A stretch of 64,000 bases of DNA from Promethearchaeota archaeon. GTDB taxonomy: Archaea; Asgardarchaeota; Thorarchaeia; Thorarchaeales; Thorarchaeaceae. Within the stretch, counting starts at the first letter, position 1, and every line of letters begins with the position of its first letter. Below the pieces are notes generated by a model. That model was given only the letters and a program-made list of their open reading frames with translations, ran no database searches and was not told where the DNA came from. This document shows, one piece after another, positions 28,520 to 37,391 of this stretch. The DNA is taken from NCBI GenBank assembly GCA_014728035.1, contig WJMJ01000101.1, forward strand, positions 57,358-121,357, read 5' to 3'. Made by a program: the position numbers and the translations under genes.

Positions 28520-31101
28520 ACTTCCCTGATAATCCAACTGATGGAATGATTTTTGAAAAATCTCCTGGTGTATACTTCCAATATAACAAGGGAACTAATA
28601 CGTGGACCAGACTGGATGGTTATAAGTCAATCCAGATAGCGACTAGCTTGCGTCCTGGTCTTATGTCATCAAACGATTTTACTAAACTCAATAAACTATT
28701 GGTACCACCATCAAGAACTACCCTAACGTCAGATCAATGTGATACAGTGTTTGAAACGGGGATTATCGGTCTTTATTCAGACGATGGTTCTCTAATCATT
28801 GACAGCAATCTAAGTCTCTATGATCATTCAACAGAAAGTCCTAACGCAATACCTACTGAATGGCAGATTCATGAAAACACCTATGGCTTCAATTTCAAAG
28901 TCAATATGAATCAGCTAATTAATACGTTAACTGACAATGGCAATTTGTATATAGAAACCATAAGAGGCGAGCGCGGTAATAAAGGAGAAAAGGGAGATCC
29001 TGGTGTTGATAAGTTAGACACTGGTCCTAAGGGTGAGACTGGACCATCAGGTTCTAATGCACCGTTCCTGGGCGACCTCATTGATGAACCTCTCCAGCTA
29101 GAATTAGTGCAAGACAATAATAAAGCCGTAATTGATATCAAGGTGGAATCGGTATCAAAACAAGAAAATTATCTAGTAATTACCAGAGCCACAATTGGAA
29201 GTGATGCTTGCCCCAGAGAAGTGTTACCACAATCGAAGCAGAGTTCATGGGTAGTAGCTGTTGATCCAAAATTAGGTGGGCAGTTACAATGTAATACTGA
29301 GTGTGTGAAATGCTCAATGCTGTTCCATCTGGATATAGAAGATTTAATTGACAATATAAAGGATAGATATCGATACTTATTGACACAGGCAAAACAGCAA
29401 CGTGAATCATTGGCGCGTGAATGGCTACAGACAATGATGACTGTTTTCAATCAACAGAAAGCAGCACTTTGCTGTGCATTGGAGAATTGTGAATCTAGGA
29501 AGAGAAACCAGGACACCAGAAGATTTATAGAATCTCAACGAATACAAGCAGCACAAGGTAATTTTCAACTCCATGTTGATAGTACGCCAGACCCTGAATT
29601 TACTATTGATATGGACGCTTATAAAGATTGTGAAGCTGAAGGGGGACAGGTTACTGAACAACCTGGAGATGGTGGGTGCGAAGATTGTGTTATGCGTGTG
29701 GTGGTTGAAGCTAAGAATGACTTTAACAATAAGGTTATTGCTAGCCTTCCCGGAGGAACCTATGCTGCTGAGATTGTGGATGGCTGTATTTATAATGGTA
29801 TTGAATGGAATTGTGAATTATCACTGAAATCCAATATTGCTCCTGCCGTAACTAAACAATATGAAATTCCAGCACGATCCACAGCTGATTATGATTTTGC
29901 TACCAATGAAGCTGCGAGAGAATACTTCCTTAACAGTGTAGTATTCTTCGATCACGTGGGCGGGGATATAGAGGCATGGGTAGCAAGTCCTCACCCACAA
30001 TCTGGATTAGTTACACTGTGTATATGGAACGCAGAATGTTTCACGGGTATACCTACTGGGATTGGTTATGAGGGTTATGATAACTGGTGCGTCATGACAG
30101 TTGAAAATATTGCATGGCATGAACGCACATTCAATACACAAACAACCAATGGTGGGTTGATACAGGTTGGTGGCACTAAATGGATAATATCTCAGCCATC
30201 ATTAAGCCCAGATTTACATTGTATGAGGAAATTCATAGGAGATGGATTCGGCACTCCAGCACTTGCTTGGCAAACTACTGACGGTGAGAATTTTGCTGGC
30301 CTTAAGTCTAGCGGTGCCTATGTACTTATATATGATGATAATATGAATACCCTGTTCAGGGATAAATTACATAATGATCCCATATCAACTGTGGGTGATT
30401 ATCAATCCATAGATACTATTATATTCCCATATGAACATGTTCAAGTTTCGGATTTCTATGCGCCATCTACTTCAACTAAAATACTGATCATTGATGACAA
30501 TCCATCCGCACAGATTTACAAAAGTGATATGGATAGACTAGGTTATGATGCGACTTGGCAGGATGATGCAACGAATATCAAAGATTATGCGGCTGTCATA
30601 TTGCTCAGTAACACGGCGGCGCGTGGCGATACTGATAATATTGAAATGTATGTTGCAAACGGCGGTGGGCTTATAACCATTGGTAGTACTATATATCATC
30701 TTGCGCGATCTCCTGGAGTAACTTCGCTACCTGATTGGGTCGGTGGGGGAGGTGCCTATTATACTATTAGGAACACTACACCCATAACGGCTACTGCTGT
30801 CAAAAATTTCGGATCTATATCATCAGGAGATGAAGTATATAGTATAAATAATGGGCTTGGATTGCCAACCATATTTGACCCAGACCCATCTGGAATTGTA
30901 GCCATATTTGATCAGAACGATATTGAAATCCCTGGAAGAGAATATGTAAATGATCCGCCAAGACCAGAATGTGCTGCATATATGGTTCGCACTGGTGCTG
31001 GCAGGGTGTTCTGGGCAACTAGACCATATTCAAGCCCAACAATCGCAAAATGGGATGCATTATTAGATAGTGCCATACAATGGGCTGCTGAGGGTAGTTG
31101 A
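28516..31101 (+). CDS. Collagen-repeat fibre protein with C-terminal class I GATase/ThuA-like domain
   Basis: GERGNKGEKGDPG; KILIIDD, YAAVILL, YVANGGGLITIG, GAGRVFW. Confidence 0.7.
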   Translation: MNFPDNPTDGMIFEKSPGVYFQYNKGTNTWTRLDGYKSIQIATSLRPGLMSSNDFTKLNKLLVPPSRTTLTSDQCDTVFETGIIGLYSDDGSLIIDSNLSLYDHSTESPNAIPTEWQIHENTYGFNFKVNMNQLINTLTDNGNLYIETIRGERGNKGEKGDPGVDKLDTGPKGETGPSGSNAPFLGDLIDEPLQLELVQDNNKAVIDIKVESVSKQENYLVITRATIGSDACPREVLPQSKQSSWVVAVDPKLGGQLQCNTECVKCSMLFHLDIEDLIDNIKDRYRYLLTQAKQQRESLAREWLQTMMTVFNQQKAALCCALENCESRKRNQDTRRFIESQRIQAAQGNFQLHVDSTPDPEFTIDMDAYKDCEAEGGQVTEQPGDGGCEDCVMRVVVEAKNDFNNKVIASLPGGTYAAEIVDGCIYNGIEWNCELSLKSNIAPAVTKQYEIPARSTADYDFATNEAAREYFLNSVVFFDHVGGDIEAWVASPHPQSGLVTLCIWNAECFTGIPTGIGYEGYDNWCVMTVENIAWHERTFNTQTTNGGLIQVGGTKWIISQPSLSPDLHCMRKFIGDGFGTPALAWQTTDGENFAGLKSSGAYVLIYDDNMNTLFRDKLHNDPISTVGDYQSIDTIIFPYEHVQVSDFYAPSTSTKILIIDDNPSAQIYKSDMDRLGYDATWQDDATNIKDYAAVILLSNTAARGDTDNIEMYVANGGGLITIGSTIYHLARSPGVTSLPDWVGGGGAYYTIRNTTPITATAVKNFGSISSGDEVYSINNGLGLPTIFDPDPSGIVAIFDQNDIEIPGREYVNDPPRPECAAYMVRTGAGRVFWATRPYSSPTIAKWDALLDSAIQWAAEGS

Positions 31102-31646
31102 TGGAATTAAATGTGTCTCTATTTTGTAGCTTGGCCAGGCAATCATACTGGAATGAATGGCTATCTGATTATGATGTGGGTTTGCATTCATTTCTTAAAT
31201 CCGCATTGAAAAAGGGTGGATGTAGACATGTGCGTCAATGTATGATTAGGATTATGGAAGAGATAAAGAAGAGAGGTGATGGCCGTAGGTTGGCCGCTTT
31301 TCTTATTCGAAAGTATCCGTCATTGATTAAGAATCGATTTAAATCAGTCAGTCATATATCTTCTAATATAGACAAGAAGTTTAGTGATATAAATAAAGTG
31401 TTTAGTTTTTATAATAGACATATTCTCACGTTTCCACACAGAATGATAATTTGTGATGATGATAAAAATCAATTGATGCATAAAATAGAGTCATTCTCCA
31501 AGGATAAACGTGATGTTGATTATGTTATTGTAGATGGATGTGCTTATCTGGAGTATTTCACACCAGAAACCGAATATATGTCAGATTCGATCCATCAAAA
31601 CGATAGAGAAGTAACTTTATATAAACAAAAGATTGGAGCAAAATAA
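31098..31646 (+). CDS. Hypothetical protein
   Basis: 182-aa ORF coupled to the upstream stop. Confidence 0.55.
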   Translation: MMELNVSLFCSLARQSYWNEWLSDYDVGLHSFLKSALKKGGCRHVRQCMIRIMEEIKKRGDGRRLAAFLIRKYPSLIKNRFKSVSHISSNIDKKFSDINKVFSFYNRHILTFPHRMIICDDDKNQLMHKIESFSKDKRDVDYVIVDGCAYLEYFTPETEYMSDSIHQNDREVTLYKQKIGAK

Positions 31647-31647
31647 T

Positions 31648-32118
31648 ATGAAATGTCCCATATGCGATAAGAAAGTCAAGAATCAAGGCGCATTGGTATC
31701 TCATATGCGCACACACGTAAAAAGAGGCGAGGTAATTGAATCTAAGGACCCCATATCCGGCAAGATGTTTTTTGATAAGGTTCCCGGTGAAATTGTAGAG
31801 GAAAAGACATTCACTGAAGATGCACCATTCGCCATGCTTGGTGATGAGCCAGTAGGTGGACAACCCAAGAAGGTATGGGAAGTACCAATAGACCAATATA
31901 AGGCTATTGATCCTAGACAATACTTTGTTACTACTGGTGAGGCCATAATCAAAATTGACCAGCTAATTGGTGATCTCAAAAATTTGCAATCTAATATTAA
32001 AAAATTGAGAACCAGATTATTGAAGGCAAAGAGTGAATCAAAATACCTCGAAACAGCTTGGGAGCAAAACAAACTTATTGTAAAGCGCAAGGATCCCAGA
32101 CGGAAAAGCTTGAGGTAA
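31648..32118 (+). CDS. C2H2 zinc-finger protein with C-terminal coiled coil
   Basis: CPICDKKVKNQGALVSHMRTH. Confidence 0.75.
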   Translation: MKCPICDKKVKNQGALVSHMRTHVKRGEVIESKDPISGKMFFDKVPGEIVEEKTFTEDAPFAMLGDEPVGGQPKKVWEVPIDQYKAIDPRQYFVTTGEAIIKIDQLIGDLKNLQSNIKKLRTRLLKAKSESKYLETAWEQNKLIVKRKDPRRKSLR

Positions 32119-32120
32119 TT

Positions 32121-33020
32121 ATGAAAAAAGAATTTGTTAATGAGTTGAATTCAATTTTAAGTGAGGCGGTGATTGACTGGACTCGTAGTCGTTTGGATCC
32201 ACGAATATTTGATCTGTTCAATGATACTTATATTATGAGGCCAGAAGTATCCAATTTCATCAATGATGTAGTAAAATCAATTAACGACAATATAATAGAT
32301 GTAAATAATTATTTTGTTAAGGGTAGTATTCTTAGTTTCCAATGGCTTGATCATAGTGATGTTGACGTGCTGGTTGAAATAGATGATGATATTGCCGACG
32401 ATGAACGAGATAGGCTGCAACGCGAAGTAGATGATGCATTCGATAATGTACTGATACCAAATACGGAACACCCCATTCAGATTTATTTAAATGTTGGTGA
32501 ATATGACCCAGACAATGCTGATGGTATTTATGTAATTGATTATGCCCGTAGGGGTATGTCAGATCCATGGGTGAAGGGTCCATATAATATTAGAGTTGAC
32601 ATTGATGATTATATGTCTAAATTCCAAAAAGTGGCGGGGTCTATTGACATAGATACTGGGGAGCTTAGACGCGACATTATTGATTATGAGTTGCTCAAGA
32701 AACTGCCTTATGAAGATATTAATAACCTCGAACATAGAATCAATAGTAAATTAGATGAAATCAATGATGGTGTGGATGATTTAGTATATCAATATAAACA
32801 CATACGCGATTTGCGCCACAAAGCTTTTAGCGATGAATTGACACCACAGGAAATCATTAAATATGGTAGCAAGAATAAACTACCAGAGAATGTTATATTT
32901 AAAATGCTGGAACGATACTATTATCTGTCTATGTTGCGCAATCTTAAGGATCTCACAGCACGCGATGATATAGATACTGATAATGTGGATGATGTGAAAG
33001 AAATAATTAAGGAGATATGA
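32121..33020 (+). CDS. Pol-beta-like nucleotidyltransferase
   Basis: KGSILSFQWLDHSDVDVLV (GS...DxD); GAGG RBS before ATG 32121. Confidence 0.65.
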   Translation: MKKEFVNELNSILSEAVIDWTRSRLDPRIFDLFNDTYIMRPEVSNFINDVVKSINDNIIDVNNYFVKGSILSFQWLDHSDVDVLVEIDDDIADDERDRLQREVDDAFDNVLIPNTEHPIQIYLNVGEYDPDNADGIYVIDYARRGMSDPWVKGPYNIRVDIDDYMSKFQKVAGSIDIDTGELRRDIIDYELLKKLPYEDINNLEHRINSKLDEINDGVDDLVYQYKHIRDLRHKAFSDELTPQEIIKYGSKNKLPENVIFKMLERYYYLSMLRNLKDLTARDDIDTDNVDDVKEIIKEI

Positions 33021-33535
33021 TGAAATCTTTAGATAAAAGATTAAATGAAGCTCTGGAGATTATTGAAGATTCTACAGCACTTGATCAGATGGTGGCTCTT
33101 ATAGAATCGATGGATGAGAATGAGCTTTGTCTTTTGGAAGATCTTATAGAAGAAGCAATTGATATATATCAATTGCTTAACAACATTAGAAATATATTGA
33201 AGAAGATCAAAGCCGAAGCACCAAAAGTCACCACCACAAAGGCGTACAGAAGTTTAGCTGAGTTTGCTAATGAAACCGATCCTAATAAGATTAGTAAATT
33301 GGCTGGCGATCAGGTCCTAACTGATAGAATAAACAGTCTGTCTGAAATGCTAGATAAAGTTGGTGCATCAGAATTGGCATCTGAATTAAATAAAATTGCG
33401 CCCAAGCCCAGTCTTGGTAAAAGGGCCGGGGAAGCGGCCAAGAAATTATTACAACCGAAAGCAAGCAAGAAAGAGGGAGTACCTCGTTGGTTGAGAACTC
33501 TTAGCGATATCGCCAAAACAGTTGGTAGACATTAA
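33017..33535 (+). CDS. Hypothetical helical protein (possible head-internal protein)
   Basis: AAGGAG RBS; multiple L/I-x-E sites. Confidence 0.65.
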   Translation: MMKSLDKRLNEALEIIEDSTALDQMVALIESMDENELCLLEDLIEEAIDIYQLLNNIRNILKKIKAEAPKVTTTKAYRSLAEFANETDPNKISKLAGDQVLTDRINSLSEMLDKVGASELASELNKIAPKPSLGKRAGEAAKKLLQPKASKKEGVPRWLRTLSDIAKTVGRH

Positions 33536-33571
33536 TATATATATTGATATTTACATCTTGGATCTAGCATC

Positions 33572-34525
33572 ATGATTCCTCTAAGTGATTTACATAGACA
33601 TCTTGGCGGGTCTACGGGTCTTGATTTTGTATATGCAACCGCCAGAAAACATGGTATGAATCTGTCGTATCAATATATTAACTCGTCAATGACATTCTTG
33701 CCTGGGGAACCATATGGTTTCTATGAGTTTCTTCGCAAATTTGATATTTTGAATCAGATACCATGGGATTGTGAAGATATTATCAGCCTAGCTTATCATG
33801 TGACGAATCAACTTGCTTGCGAGGGAATTGAATACGCTGAAATCAGATTTACTGTTAATAAATATCTAGAGTCTACGAAGTTTGATCATGTAGAAGCCAT
33901 TAAATTTGTGAAGCGTGCTTTCGATTCGGCTTGTGCAGAACTTGGGGTCAATGTTGGGTTGGTACTGTCTTTGAAGTATGAGACTGATAATTATGATGAG
34001 ATGCGTGCTGCCAGAGACTTGTCACGATATGATGATTGTGTGGTGGGAATAGATCTTGTTGGTGATGAGGCTAAATTTTCTGTTGATAAATTTAAACCCA
34101 TAATGAAAATTTGGCATGATGCTGGCAAAGGAATTATGGTACATGCGGGTGAATCACAACCATCATCAAACGTTCGTGATGCAATTAGGCATTTATATGC
34201 AAACCGTATAGCTCATGGAATTAAAGTAATACAAGAGCATAATATGCCACTTCTTGGCGAATGTATTGACCGCAATGTTTGCTTTGATGTAGCCATAAGT
34301 TCCAATATTATGACTGGGTTGGTGGCAGATGCTAAATCACATCCCGCCAAAATGATGTTTGATTGCGGTGCACCAATAACCATAGGCACGGATGATCCAG
34401 TGATTTGTAGGACATCATTGCTTAAAGAACTTGCGTTGGTTAAAGAACATTGGGGTCTATCTGACGATGATATAGATCGCATAAAAGCGAATTCTATAGA
34501 GTATGCATTTAATCATTTCAAGTAA
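33572..34525 (+). CDS. add: Adenosine/adenine deaminase (amidohydrolase)
   Basis: DLHRHLGGS, GIDLVGDE, HAGE, RIAHG, GTDDP. Confidence 0.92.
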   Translation: MIPLSDLHRHLGGSTGLDFVYATARKHGMNLSYQYINSSMTFLPGEPYGFYEFLRKFDILNQIPWDCEDIISLAYHVTNQLACEGIEYAEIRFTVNKYLESTKFDHVEAIKFVKRAFDSACAELGVNVGLVLSLKYETDNYDEMRAARDLSRYDDCVVGIDLVGDEAKFSVDKFKPIMKIWHDAGKGIMVHAGESQPSSNVRDAIRHLYANRIAHGIKVIQEHNMPLLGECIDRNVCFDVAISSNIMTGLVADAKSHPAKMMFDCGAPITIGTDDPVICRTSLLKELALVKEHWGLSDDDIDRIKANSIEYAFNHFK

Positions 34526-34545
34526 TACTTTCTCAAATATATAAT

Positions 34546-35262
34546 ATGAAATTAGATATACTCAGCAGCACACCTTCAGAGTATGCACCCATATTGTGCG
34601 AGGGATATGGTAGGGTATATTATTTTAGATATTTGCGGTGGAAACATGACCCACGACCTCGTGCTCTATTTCTGGGGAGATATCGACATCCTTCCACTAG
34701 AAATATGCTCATGTGCGCAATCAATCTGAATTATCTAACCGAATCACAAATTACGCGTCTACAGAGGAATTTATCCAAAGTTCTTAGTTTTTCTAGGAAT
34801 GGGTATTATAGATACTGGATGGCTCGTAGTCTCGGTCTTGGTGATATCCTGGACACGGCCTACCGCACATATCGTGTTGATGCCATTGATTCAGTTGAGG
34901 GAATTTCCCCATCTACATTGAGGTTCATAGCAGAAGGAATACAACAGGAAAGGGCCTCTGGAAAAGTCAAGAGGAAACCCATAAAACCAGATATCAAGGT
35001 GAGACAAAAGCCCAAGGTGTCAATAGAACCCGTGGAACCGGCAGAAGAGCCAGAAGAAGCCCCAGAAGAAAAACCAGAAGCTCCCGAGGTACCAGAACCA
35101 CCTGAAGAAATGGAAGAGCCGGAAGAGGCCACGGAAGAGCCAGAAGAAGGTACGGAAGAACTACCACCAGAGATTGAAAAAGCCAAAGTACCGCCGGAAC
35201 ATCCTGACGAAGAAATTGATATAGAAGAGAACCCACCGGAAGATATAAGTGAGGGTGAATGA
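34546..35262 (+). CDS. Protein with T4 gp2 (DNA end protector)-like N-terminus and Pro/Glu-rich tail
   Basis: YYFRY...HDPRP...AINLNYL resembles the gp2 D.FP...GLNLHYL motif; EP-rich C-terminus. Confidence 0.45.
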   Translation: MKLDILSSTPSEYAPILCEGYGRVYYFRYLRWKHDPRPRALFLGRYRHPSTRNMLMCAINLNYLTESQITRLQRNLSKVLSFSRNGYYRYWMARSLGLGDILDTAYRTYRVDAIDSVEGISPSTLRFIAEGIQQERASGKVKRKPIKPDIKVRQKPKVSIEPVEPAEEPEEAPEEKPEAPEVPEPPEEMEEPEEATEEPEEGTEELPPEIEKAKVPPEHPDEEIDIEENPPEDISEGE

Positions 35263-35969
35263 ATCGTAGACCAGCCAATGCTTCTCGTGAAGCTATGCGC
35301 GAGTGGCTTACATATCATAAGAATATGTCATCGCTACAATTGGCCAGACAGAGTGGCCTAACTATAGAACGTATCATCCAATGGCGTATCCAATATGATG
35401 TTATTGACATAAAGGATAAAGAACTATTCAAAGCATGGTTATTATATAAGGATTATACAATAGGTGAATCGGCAATTTTATTAAATGTCACCCAGCGCAC
35501 ATTCAGATATTATTTAAAGAAATATAATATCAAAAAATTCGAGAAATCTGATGAGCAGTTCAGTGATTATAGACATAAGCAAGTACTTAAGTATGTTGAT
35601 TTGGATAGAAGTGTGTTGCGTGATAAAGATATGCTTGCTGAATTATATAAGCACTATGGTAGAGTTGCATTGGCCAAGATGTTTGGAGTATCTAATACAA
35701 GGATGCTAGTAGTGTTGCGCAAATTTGGTATCATGGATCCCAATAGAAAATGGGATCCACCAAATGGATGTAAAAACAGGGAATGGTTATATCAGAAATT
35801 TGTGGTGGAAGCCAAAACATTAACTGAATGTGCAAACGAAGCTGGTGTATGCCCCCATACGATACGCAATTGGCTTATTAAATTTGGTATTAGACCTAGG
35901 GATTTAGGTGAAGCTACAAGATTACGATTTAATAAGAAAGACTCTAAAGTTCTTACATGCACAGCATAA
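35259..35969 (+). CDS. Multi-HTH DNA-binding protein
   Basis: About four HTH-like segments, e.g. REWLYQKFV...ECANEAGVCPHTIRNWLIKFGI. Confidence 0.7.
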   Translation: MNRRPANASREAMREWLTYHKNMSSLQLARQSGLTIERIIQWRIQYDVIDIKDKELFKAWLLYKDYTIGESAILLNVTQRTFRYYLKKYNIKKFEKSDEQFSDYRHKQVLKYVDLDRSVLRDKDMLAELYKHYGRVALAKMFGVSNTRMLVVLRKFGIMDPNRKWDPPNGCKNREWLYQKFVVEAKTLTECANEAGVCPHTIRNWLIKFGIRPRDLGEATRLRFNKKDSKVLTCTA

Positions 35970-36876
35970 TGTAGTCGAAGCACATGTTGTAAGATCCAAT
36001 CAAATAAGGGTAAGGTTCACTGACGGCATCATTGAATATTGGTGGTATAGGGTCGATGTGAGCAAGAATAACATATATAGAGTATATGTTATGCCCACTG
36101 ATAGCTATCCGTTTGATACAAATAATCATCCGGAGATATTAAGTCAATTTACACGCAATCCTCTTTATAAAGAAGAATATGATAGATCAGATGGTCAGTT
36201 CATGGTTAGATACAAATATTTAAAAAAGTTTAAATTCTGTAATGTTAGAATATTCCTACACGAATTTGCAAAAAAGTTAGACGATGAAGGGTGGATTGAT
36301 ATTTGGCATCCCAATGACCAATTGTCTCACATGATGCATAGATGTCGTAGATATAATTTAAATCGTCTAAGGCAATCTGATCATGAATACCTGGAAAGTA
36401 TATGGTGTTATAAGTTTTCACAACCTATCCTTGCTTCTCTGACTAATATGCGTGATCACACAAATGGTGTCATAGATAAAGCGTGGACTACAAAACCTCT
36501 TTTGAGGGCTATGAATAGATTGTATAGAAAGAAAAAATCTATCACAAGATTTAATTTATTTTGCGAATTGAAAAGCAAGTTTACTGGTTTGTCTCTTGGA
36601 TACCCAATGTCAATGGCTTCATTTCTTCAGAACCACACACGTGGTCCTATTGACGACCATACTTGTTCACCATGGATATCATTAGCTTGCACAATTGCCG
36701 GAATTCCATATAATAATGGTAATAGTAAGATCTTGATCACAGACAGAGAAGATGAATTGAATGATAGAAAGACTGTATTATATCTAGGGGATCTTGAAAA
36801 TCACACGGAAAAATTTTATATCTATGGCCCCAATGACCATTCAAAGACCAAAATTATCACCATCAAATATAATTAA
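35908..36876 (+). CDS. Hypothetical protein
   Basis: 322-aa ORF; true start uncertain. Confidence 0.6.
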   Translation: MKLQDYDLIRKTLKFLHAQHNVVEAHVVRSNQIRVRFTDGIIEYWWYRVDVSKNNIYRVYVMPTDSYPFDTNNHPEILSQFTRNPLYKEEYDRSDGQFMVRYKYLKKFKFCNVRIFLHEFAKKLDDEGWIDIWHPNDQLSHMMHRCRRYNLNRLRQSDHEYLESIWCYKFSQPILASLTNMRDHTNGVIDKAWTTKPLLRAMNRLYRKKKSITRFNLFCELKSKFTGLSLGYPMSMASFLQNHTRGPIDDHTCSPWISLACTIAGIPYNNGNSKILITDREDELNDRKTVLYLGDLENHTEKFYIYGPNDHSKTKIITIKYN

Positions 36877-36892
36877 GAACTAGGAGGATCCA

Positions 36893-37123
36893 ATGATGGT
36901 GATTACTATAGAAAGAAGGTTGCCAGTTATCAATGGATTTGTGCGTATCCCAGATGTTGGGAACCGCGCACTAACTTCATTGACCCCCGCAGCTGTGGAG
37001 TCATTGATACCAGTGTCTAGTGAGAGTACGATAGTGGATCAAAACTTTGTAGCATTTCCGGCATACTATGCCGACGAGGTAGTTCCAGAAGATTATTTTG
37101 GGACTTTGCGAGAAGCGGTATAA
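36893..37123 (+). CDS. Hypothetical protein
   Basis: AGGAGG RBS. Confidence 0.6.
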   Translation: MMVITIERRLPVINGFVRIPDVGNRALTSLTPAAVESLIPVSSESTIVDQNFVAFPAYYADEVVPEDYFGTLREAV

Positions 37124-37369
37124 ATGGCAAGCGTGAACATCTTAGATGATATTATGGAACGTAGAAATGTGGCAAGCACATTTCCTGAAGGTGGATTGCC
37201 ACACAGATTTATTGAATTGCTTGGCGGTGAAATTGTAGAAGTTACCGCATTTGAACCTGATGCTCGCACCTCTGATATGGATTTTTATTACAATGCTCGT
37301 GATAATGTGTTATATAAAAGAATAAAGAGCCGTTTTCCTCATTGGATGCGTGTGACAGACTACCATTAG
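37124..37369 (+). CDS. Hypothetical protein
   Basis: Directly abuts the upstream stop. Confidence 0.6.
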   Translation: MASVNILDDIMERRNVASTFPEGGLPHRFIELLGGEIVEVTAFEPDARTSDMDFYYNARDNVLYKRIKSRFPHWMRVTDYH

Positions 37370-37391
37370 TTGTTAGAGCAGGAGATGAATA

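Noticed and set aside
35259-35969. Homing endonuclease
   Set aside because: HTH repeats resemble those of HNH-associated proteins, but no nuclease motif is visible.
35908-36876. Degenerate DNA methyltransferase
   Set aside because: Only a vague resemblance near PIDDHTCSPW; no SAM-binding or catalytic motif.
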